A stretch of 64,000 nucleotides of DNA from Armatimonadota bacterium. GTDB lineage: Bacteria > Armatimonadota > Fimbriimonadia > Fimbriimonadales > GBS-DC. Shown in pieces: positions 32,818-39,975 of the stretch; within the stretch, counting starts at the first letter, position 1, and every line of letters starts with the position of its first letter. The position numbers and the translations under genes were made by a program. Where the stretch lies: the NCBI GenBank assembly GCA_037444405.1, contig JBBIML010000008.1, positions 142,676-206,675 of the forward strand, written 5' to 3'. The notes beneath the pieces are model-generated. The model saw only the letters and a program-made list of their open reading frames with translations. It was not told the DNA's origin and did not search any database.

Positions 32818-34071
32818 TTATGAAGATTCCTCAACTGATAGTGCAGGTTTGCCCGCCACATAGACCGTTTGCACGATGGGTGCGCCCAGCGTGTAGGGCA
32901 AGTCGCGCCAGTCGGGGCTGGTCAGCACGAGGAAATCGGCGCGTGCGCCGGGCACCAATGCGCCCCGATCGGTCAGCCCCAGCGCGGACGCCGCGTTGAC
33001 CGTGCCCGCCACCAGCGACTCGGCAGGCGTCAAGCGGTTCAGGCGCACGGCGAGCGCCAGCGCCAGCTGCATCGAGAAGAGCGGGCTGGAGCCAGGGTTC
33101 AAATCGGTGCCGGCGGCGACCGCGGCGCCCGCCTCTATCAGCGCGCGTGCAGGCGCTGGCGGCAAGCCCAGATGCAGGCTCACACCGGGCAGAATCGTGG
33201 CGATGGTCGAACTGTTCGCCAGCGCGCGAATCTGCGTCTCGCCCGACGCCTCCAGATGATCCACCGAGCGCGCACCGAGCCGCACCGCCAGCTCCACACC
33301 GCCCAGCGCATGGAACTGGTCGGCGTGCGCTTTGATGTCCAGCCCGTGCGCCTGCGCGGCTTGCAATATCCGCTCTGCTTCTGCCACGCTGAACGCCTCC
33401 CGCTCGATGAAGATGTCCACCGCTCGCGCCAGTCCGCGACGCGCCACTTCGAGAATGAGCTGGTCGCACACCGTGTGCAGATAGGCGTCGCGCCCCTCGC
33501 GCGGCGGCACATGGATCAGCAAAGTGGGCACAATTGTGGGCGGTGTGATGCCCCGTTGCGCTATCGCTTCGGGCAGGCGGGCAATCGCCTCCAGCATCCG
33601 AATCTCGGCGTCAGGGGTCAGCCCGTAGCCCGACTTGATTTCGAGCGTGGTTGCGCCCGAACGCATCAGTTGAACAACGCGCGGCACGGTCAGCTCAATC
33701 AGCGTTTTGACACTGGCTTGCGCCGTGTGGCGAACGGTGTGATAGATGCCGCCCCCGCGCGCCAAGATGGTTTCATAGGGCACGCCCTGCGCCCGCGCCT
33801 CAAAATCGTCCAGCCGGTCGCCTGCCCACATCGCGTGCGTGTGGGGGTCGATCAATCCGGGCACGACGGCGCGCCCATCCAGATCGATAATCTGGCGGGC
33901 GCGTCCATGCCACTCCCTGCGTGCATCCGCCCACACGATGCGCCCTGCCCGTGATGCGAGGGCGGCGTCGGGGATGACCTGCACCTGCGCCATCTCCGCG
34001 CCCCGATGCACGCCCAATCGCAGCGGCGTCGCCAACTGCGCAATGTTCACAAACAGCTGATCGGCTTCCAT
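32818..34071 (-). CDS. hutI: Imidazolonepropionase
   Basis: PGLIDPHTH, GGGIY.TV, EIKSGYGL, HADQ, SVDHLE and TDLNPGSSP motifs. Confidence 0.96.
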   Translation of the reverse strand: MEADQLFVNIAQLATPLRLGVHRGAEMAQVQVIPDAALASRAGRIVWADARREWHGRARQIIDLDGRAVVPGLIDPHTHAMWAGDRLDDFEARAQGVPYETILARGGGIYHTVRHTAQASVKTLIELTVPRVVQLMRSGATTLEIKSGYGLTPDAEIRMLEAIARLPEAIAQRGITPPTIVPTLLIHVPPREGRDAYLHTVCDQLILEVARRGLARAVDIFIEREAFSVAEAERILQAAQAHGLDIKAHADQFHALGGVELAVRLGARSVDHLEASGETQIRALANSSTIATILPGVSLHLGLPPAPARALIEAGAAVAAGTDLNPGSSPLFSMQLALALAVRLNRLTPAESLVAGTVNAASALGLTDRGALVPGARADFLVLTSPDWRDLPYTLGAPIVQTVYVAGKPALSVEESS

Positions 34072-34186
34072 CTGCGCCTATAACCGTTTGTGGCACTTCC
34101 GGTGGTGTTGCGCCCCTGCCCACCAGTATTACCACGCCCTGCCGCACAACAGAGAGAATACCCTCAAGGGGTATACTTCTGCTGCT

Positions 34187-36034
34187 ATGGGCACTGTTCG
34201 CACGGACACGGATGTTCAGATGGAGGTCTACTATCGCCCCCATCGCTCCAGTCGGGCGATTCTGGAGCCTGAGCCGCCGCTGAGCGAGCTGGGGGGCACT
34301 TTCTGGGTGATTTTGCACAATCGGCGACGCCAGCCTTGCAATGTGAGCGCGATTTTGATTAATGGTGTGCCCGCCGAATCGCTGACCAACGGCAACGGGC
34401 TGAACTGGTTCCGCCTCACGCCGGAGCCGCTGCCGCCTGATGGCGCCGCGTTGCTGATTCTGAACATGCAGGCGTCGCTGCTGCGTCGGTCGCCGCTGCG
34501 TCTGAGCCTGTGGCTGGCGGACGGCGCACGCCACGAATGGGTACTGCCCACCGATTCGTCGCCGCTGACGCTCGCCAGCGCGTGGCTGGACGGGCGCGCG
34601 TTGACGGTGGTGGTGCGCAACGACGACCCGCAACGCGCATGGCGCATCGAGCGACTGCGCGTGGACGGCAGATCCGTGCGCTTCCGAACGCCCGATGCCA
34701 CCCTCGCGCCCCGCACGCTCACTTTCGTCCATGCCCGACTGCCCCACACACCTGAACCCCCTACAAGCCTCATCCTGCAGGTCGATGCGCGCGCGGGCGC
34801 GGCGACCACCATGACGGCAGGCACGGTGCGACCCTTGCCCCGCTTCTTCCCGATAGGCACATGGCGGGATTCCGCATGGGGCGACGAAACGCTGATGCGC
34901 GAGCTGGTTGAGCGCGGCTTCGACACCTTCGTGTTCAGCGCGTCGGATAAACCGAACGACACAGAGCGGCGTGCTTTCGAGCAGATATGTCCGCAATCGG
35001 GTGTCAGGGCGCTGGTGTTTGCGGGCTTCCCGCGCCCCACCGCGCGCTTTATCGAACGCCACGCCCGCAACCCCCACATCGCGGCTTATATGATCAAGGA
35101 TGAACCCGACTGGACTTCGCCGCGCGAGGTGGACGGCTGGCATCTGCCCACGCTGTGCGAACGGATTGCTCAGTTCATTCGGGATCGGCAGGTGGCGCCG
35201 CCGCTCTATCTCAATCTGGCGCGTTCGCGTCGGTTCGGCGAGTTCGCCACCATCCCCGACATCGCCTGCTACGACGCCTATCGCGTCGGCGCGCCGATGC
35301 CCGATTTGTCGCCCGAGCCGTGGGGCAATCGGCTGGAGCTGACGGCGACCTACACAGAGGATTTGCGAGCGAACTGCGAGCCGCTGCCCTTCTGGGTGTG
35401 GGCGCAGGGAGCGCACGCATGGGACGAGCGCATCTGGATCGATGGACAGATCGGGCGGGCATGCCCCACCCCTGAAGAGATTCGGGTTCAGCTCTGGCTC
35501 CAGCTGAGCCGCGGCGCGAAGGGCGTCCTGTGGTTCACCACCTTCCGCGAAGAGGAGTTCCGCCGCCACTACAGCGCGAACCCCACCCTGCAGCGCCTGC
35601 CCGAAGCGGAGCGCCAGCGCGCGATGGAGCAACTGGTCGCGCATGGACGCGAGGCATACGCGGAGCAGACGCGCCTGAACCGCTTTTTGCAGACTGTACG
35701 CGACCGCCTGCTGCGCATGGAGTGGGCAGGCAACGCGACGATTGAGCAGGCGAGCAACCCGACACGACTGGACGCCTCACTTCTGCTGGGCGAGCGTGAA
35801 GCCGTGCTGTGGCTGACCAATCTGGACTACGAGATGCACCCGCAGGGGTATCGGTTCCGCGAACAGCGCGCTATACGGGTGCTGGTGCCGTTGCCACGCT
35901 GGTTCAAGCCGCGCCGTGCGCAGTTTCGTGACCCTGCCAGCGAGCGCGAAATCGAGTTTCAGCCCGTGCCTGAAGGCGTGCGCATCGCGCTGGACGCCCT
36001 GCCCGAACAGGTGGGCAGTCTCTGGCTGGAGTGA
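34187..36034 (+). CDS. Hypothetical protein with a C-terminal glycoside-hydrolase-like TIM barrel
   Basis: Long ORF; FFPIG, AYMIKDEPD, D..CYDAY, PFWVWAQ, PTPEEIR and GAKGVLWF motifs. Confidence 0.6.
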   Translation: MGTVRTDTDVQMEVYYRPHRSSRAILEPEPPLSELGGTFWVILHNRRRQPCNVSAILINGVPAESLTNGNGLNWFRLTPEPLPPDGAALLILNMQASLLRRSPLRLSLWLADGARHEWVLPTDSSPLTLASAWLDGRALTVVVRNDDPQRAWRIERLRVDGRSVRFRTPDATLAPRTLTFVHARLPHTPEPPTSLILQVDARAGAATTMTAGTVRPLPRFFPIGTWRDSAWGDETLMRELVERGFDTFVFSASDKPNDTERRAFEQICPQSGVRALVFAGFPRPTARFIERHARNPHIAAYMIKDEPDWTSPREVDGWHLPTLCERIAQFIRDRQVAPPLYLNLARSRRFGEFATIPDIACYDAYRVGAPMPDLSPEPWGNRLELTATYTEDLRANCEPLPFWVWAQGAHAWDERIWIDGQIGRACPTPEEIRVQLWLQLSRGAKGVLWFTTFREEEFRRHYSANPTLQRLPEAERQRAMEQLVAHGREAYAEQTRLNRFLQTVRDRLLRMEWAGNATIEQASNPTRLDASLLLGEREAVLWLTNLDYEMHPQGYRFREQRAIRVLVPLPRWFKPRRAQFRDPASEREIEFQPVPEGVRIALDALPEQVGSLWLE

Positions 36035-36043
36035 ACCCGACGC

Positions 36044-36388
36044 TTAGCCTGGCGGCCAGGTCATCTGGCGACCGCCCAGCAGATGAAAATGCAGGTGGAA
36101 CACCGACTGCCCCGCGGCGCGGTTCGTGTTCAACACCACGCGATAGCCCTCCGTCTCGATGCCCTCCTGGCGGGCAAGCTGAGCGCACACTTCCAGCAGA
36201 TGCCCCAGCAGCGGCGCATGATCGGGCTGGGACTGCGCCAGGCTCGGAATGTGCGCGCGGGGCACCACCAGCACATGCACGGGCGCCTGCGGGTTAATGT
36301 CCCGAAAGGCGACCGCATGCTCGTCTTCATAGATGATATTGGCAGGTATCTCCCGCGCCACGATTTTGCAAAACAGGCATTCACTCAT
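36044..36388 (-). CDS. HIT family nucleotide-binding protein
   Basis: CLFCKI, AFRDINPQAP.H and GQSVFHLHFHLLGG motifs. Confidence 0.96.
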   Translation of the reverse strand: MSECLFCKIVAREIPANIIYEDEHAVAFRDINPQAPVHVLVVPRAHIPSLAQSQPDHAPLLGHLLEVCAQLARQEGIETEGYRVVLNTNRAAGQSVFHLHFHLLGGRQMTWPPG

Positions 36389-37127
36389 GGTGGCTCTCCT
36401 CCTTCAGGTGGGTCAGGCGCACGCCCGTCAGCAGCTCCCGCAGCTTCTGCAGCACCTCCTGCTCCATCTGGCGCACCTCGTCGACCTTGAGCGAGAACAT
36501 CTCGGCGACCTCTTCGTGCGTATGCACGCGCTCGCCATGCAGCCCATACAGGAGCTTGATGAGCGCGCGTTCAGCAGGCAGCAGGGTCGCCAGCGCGCTC
36601 TCTAACTGCTTGCCGTCAACGCTCAGCGGGTCCAGCGCCTCGGCTTGCGCGGCGAGCGTGGCTTTCTGACGCTTCTCCCGCTCGTGCCACATGCGCACCA
36701 CGCCCTCCACCTGCCGATAGTTAACTGTCTCCACATAGTAGCCCTCCGCCCAGAAACTGCGCTTGCCGATACGCCGTTCCAGACGCGGCAACGCTTCAAA
36801 CAGGCGGTGCGCTGTACCGCGCTTGATATTGCCCACCAAATCGGTCAGCGCCACCGTCGGCTTATAACTAACCAGCAGATGCACCTGGTTCGGCTTTAGA
36901 TAGTAGGCGACGAGCTGATACTCATATTGCTGGCAGACCTCCCGCAGCGCATGGATGAAGGCGGGGATAACCTCCTCATCTAACAGCGGCTGACGGGCGC
37001 GAGTGTAGAAAGTCGCGAGGCAATACAAACGGTAGGCGCTCGATCCACTGGTGTGGACCTGCTCATAAGGCGACCCCGTAGTCTGTCGTGCTGGTGAACC
37101 AGCCGTCTGTTCGCGTTGTGCCGGCAT
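36381..37127 (-). CDS. Catalytically altered IS200/IS605 TnpA (Y1) domain fused to sigma70 region 4
   Basis: N-terminal PNQVHLLVS..P...LVGNIK...FWAEGYYVETV (TnpA fold). C-terminal LATLLPAERALIKLLYGL...THEEVAEMF...VRQMEQEVLQKLR (sigma region 4). Confidence 0.8.
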   Translation of the reverse strand: MPAQREQTAGSPARQTTGSPYEQVHTSGSSAYRLYCLATFYTRARQPLLDEEVIPAFIHALREVCQQYEYQLVAYYLKPNQVHLLVSYKPTVALTDLVGNIKRGTAHRLFEALPRLERRIGKRSFWAEGYYVETVNYRQVEGVVRMWHEREKRQKATLAAQAEALDPLSVDGKQLESALATLLPAERALIKLLYGLHGERVHTHEEVAEMFSLKVDEVRQMEQEVLQKLRELLTGVRLTHLKEESHHE

Positions 37128-37229
37128 TCCTTCCACGCCTCCACACAAAAAGCCCTGTACAGCCTATCTTCCATAGTATACCCCACTTCTTGCGCTCCTT
37201 CCTGCCTGCACAGGTAAAATTCCTGTGAA

Positions 37230-38603
37230 ATGGGCGCACCGAAACGACCAGTGCTGGCGATTGTGGGACGACCGAATGTGGGCAAATCGACGCTTTTTAA
37301 TCGCCTGCTGGGTCGGCGGGTGGCAATTGTGGAGGCGATACCGGGCGTGACGCGCGACCGCCTGTATGGTGAAGCCGAGTGGCAGGCTCGCCCCTTTACC
37401 GTAATCGACACGGGCGGAATCCTGTTCGGTGCGGACGACCCGCTGCTGGAGCAGGTGCGCGTGCAGGCGCAAATCGCCATCCACGAAGCCGACTGCGTGC
37501 TGTTTCTGGTGGACGCCCGCGAGGGGCTGAACCCCGTCGATGAAGAGATTGCCAATCTCCTGCGCCGCAGCGGCAAGCCTGTGCTGCTGCTGGTAAACAA
37601 AGCTGATAACCCTGCACGCTGGGAAGCCCAGCGCGCCGAGTTCTTCCGACTGGGGCTGGGCGAGCCTATCCCCATCTCCGCCATTCACGGACATAACTTG
37701 GCCGAAGTGCTGGAAGAAGCCTTCCAGCGCATCGAGGCGGACGCCGCACCCGAAGCGGAGGAAGAGGCTCTTGAGCCGCTCCGACTGGCGATTGTGGGTC
37801 GACCGAATGTGGGCAAATCGTCGCTGCTGAACGCGATCCTGAACGAGCCGCGCGCGATTGTGAGTGAGAAGGCGGGCACCACACGCGACGCGCTGGACAC
37901 ACCCTTCACCTGGAACGGTCAGCCGATGGTGCTGATCGACACGGCGGGCATCCGTCGCCCCGGTCAGGTGCAGGGTTCGCTGGACTATTATGCGCAGTTG
38001 CGAGCGGAGCGCGCCCTGCAGCGCGCCGATGTCGCGCTGGTGGTCATCGACGCGAAAGAGGGGCTGACCCATCGCGACCGCCGAATCGCCCAGCTCGCCA
38101 TCGACGCTGGACGCGCCTGCGTCTGGGTCGCCAACAAGTGGGACCTGGTGGAGCCGCCCGACGGTCAACTCGCCCAAAATACGCCCGCCAAACGCGACTT
38201 CATCCGACTGGTTCGGCAGAGCGCGCCCGCGCTCGATTTTGTGCCCCTCCAGTTCGTGTCGGCGCTCCATCAGGTGGGCATCGAACCACTGCTGAAAACC
38301 GCCCTGCAGGTCGCCGAGTTCCACAGCATGCGTGTCTCAACGGGCGAACTCAATCGGCTCATTCACGACGCGCTCTATGAGCGACCCTACTCGCGCAAGG
38401 GCAAGCCGCTTAAGATTTACTACGCCACGATGGCAGAGGTGCGCCCGCCCACGATTGTGCTGTTCGTGAACGACCCCGAAATTGTCCACTTCTCGTACCT
38501 GCGCTATCTGGAGAATCGGCTCCGCGAGCGATATGCCTACACGGGCACGCCCATCCGCTGGGTGGTGCGCCCCGCCCACAAGGAGCCAGAATCAACCACC
38601 TGA
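37230..38603 (+). CDS. der: Ribosome biogenesis GTPase Der (EngA)
   Basis: Two GRPNVGKS domains, DTGG/DTAG, NKAD/NKWD and a KH-like C-terminus. Confidence 0.98.
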   Translation: MGAPKRPVLAIVGRPNVGKSTLFNRLLGRRVAIVEAIPGVTRDRLYGEAEWQARPFTVIDTGGILFGADDPLLEQVRVQAQIAIHEADCVLFLVDAREGLNPVDEEIANLLRRSGKPVLLLVNKADNPARWEAQRAEFFRLGLGEPIPISAIHGHNLAEVLEEAFQRIEADAAPEAEEEALEPLRLAIVGRPNVGKSSLLNAILNEPRAIVSEKAGTTRDALDTPFTWNGQPMVLIDTAGIRRPGQVQGSLDYYAQLRAERALQRADVALVVIDAKEGLTHRDRRIAQLAIDAGRACVWVANKWDLVEPPDGQLAQNTPAKRDFIRLVRQSAPALDFVPLQFVSALHQVGIEPLLKTALQVAEFHSMRVSTGELNRLIHDALYERPYSRKGKPLKIYYATMAEVRPPTIVLFVNDPEIVHFSYLRYLENRLRERYAYTGTPIRWVVRPAHKEPESTT

Positions 38604-38629
38604 AACCAATAAGAGCCACGCGCCGAATC

Positions 38630-38657
38630 GTAGGGGTGCGGTCACCGCGCCCCCTAC
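38630..38657. repeat. REP-like palindrome
   Basis: GTAGGGGTGCGG-TCA-CCGCGCCCCCTAC. Confidence 0.65.
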
Positions 38658-38695
38658 AGGGACCCCCCTGAAACCCTTTGAGTATAATAAGGGCT

Positions 38696-39481
38696 ATGCG
38701 ACTGCTTGGGTGGTTGCTTGCAGGGGCGCTGATTCTCGGCGGGTGCCAGCGGGCAGATGAGCGGCAGGCGGCGGAACGCTGGCTCAAAGAAGGCGAGAAG
38801 AAGCTGCAGGCGCGCGATTACGCCGGCGCCGCCGAAGCCTTTACCCGCTATGTGAATGAACGCAATAATCTAACCGCCGCGCTCCCGGAGGTCTATCGCG
38901 CCTATGTGCGCCAGCGTGCCTTCGAACCTGCCTATGAGTTTCTGGTGCAGTACGAGCCGCGCGCCAACGAGATTAAGGTCACGGTCGACCGCTCCGACTA
39001 CTATCGTGTGCTGGGCAATCTGGCGTATCAGACAGGTAAAGTGGACGAGGCGTTCCGCTGGTACGAAAAAGCCATCCAGCTCAACAATCAGAACCACGAG
39101 GCATTCAACAACTACGCTTATGCGCTGGCGGAGCAGGGTAAAGAGCTGGAGCGCGCCCTTGAGTTAGTGAACCATGCGCTGGCGCTGCGCCCCAGCGCGG
39201 GCACCTATTACGACACGCGCGGCTGGATTTATTACAAGCTGGGGCGGTACGAGGAGGCGTTGAAAGATTTGCGTCTGGCGGTGGACACCGCACCTCAAAC
39301 CGCTGAACTGCGCTATCACCTGGCAGCCATCTATGCGAAGCTGGGTCGGAAGCAGGACGCGCTGGTCGAACTCGAAAAGGCGCTCGCGCTGGACCCCAGC
39401 TACCAGCCAGCACGCGAGCTCCAGCAGTCGCTTCAGGGCGCAAAGTCCGAACCGTCCAGCAGCCACTCCGCTGCCCGATAA
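38696..39481 (+). CDS. TPR-repeat lipoprotein
   Basis: Lipobox LGGC; NNYAYALA and DTRGWIYYKLG TPR motifs. Confidence 0.9.
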   Translation: MRLLGWLLAGALILGGCQRADERQAAERWLKEGEKKLQARDYAGAAEAFTRYVNERNNLTAALPEVYRAYVRQRAFEPAYEFLVQYEPRANEIKVTVDRSDYYRVLGNLAYQTGKVDEAFRWYEKAIQLNNQNHEAFNNYAYALAEQGKELERALELVNHALALRPSAGTYYDTRGWIYYKLGRYEEALKDLRLAVDTAPQTAELRYHLAAIYAKLGRKQDALVELEKALALDPSYQPARELQQSLQGAKSEPSSSHSAAR

Positions 39482-39649
39482 AACCGTTCGCAATTATCCG
39501 TCCACGAAGGATAATATACCCTTTTTTGTCCTTCGCGGAAGGATAAATCCAGCGAAGCAGGTGGGGAACCCCCCACATGACGGCTGATCGAAACAGGACT
39601 GGGCCGCTGCCCTCAGCCCGGCGAGGGTTCCCCCTCAGGCGCACCTCCC

Positions 39650-39841
39650 CTATTTGCCGCCGTACTTCTTATAGGTCGCCTCGTCCACGAACTTGGTCAG
39701 CTTGCGCCCGTTGTACTCGGCTTTCAGGGCGTAGCGCACCTGCTTCTTGCCGGACTTGGTGGTCCGCTCATACTTGACCGCCTTCACCTGATTGTCCGGC
39801 ACATCAATCATCTTGCGGTCCTTCACGCTGAAGAACTGCAT
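39650..39841 (-). CDS. Small basic protein (63 aa), possibly DNA-binding
   Basis: AAGGAGGGAGG RBS, highly biased codons, 13 Lys and 4 Arg. Confidence 0.8.
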   Translation of the reverse strand: MQFFSVKDRKMIDVPDNQVKAVKYERTTKSGKKQVRYALKAEYNGRKLTKFVDEATYKKYGGK

Positions 39842-39975
39842 AGAGCCTCCCTCCTTACTGGTTGGATTACAGACAGGTTCACCTGCCTGCGTCGACTCTA
39901 TTCTACACCATCCTGCACGATTCCTGCTTTTTTCAGGGGGGAATTCGGGTCAAAATCGCCTGAAAAAGGGGCATT

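Noticed and set aside
36300-37230. Active IS200/IS605 element
   Set aside because: The catalytic His and Tyr are absent, no tnpB or subterminal hairpins are visible, and the gene overlaps hit.
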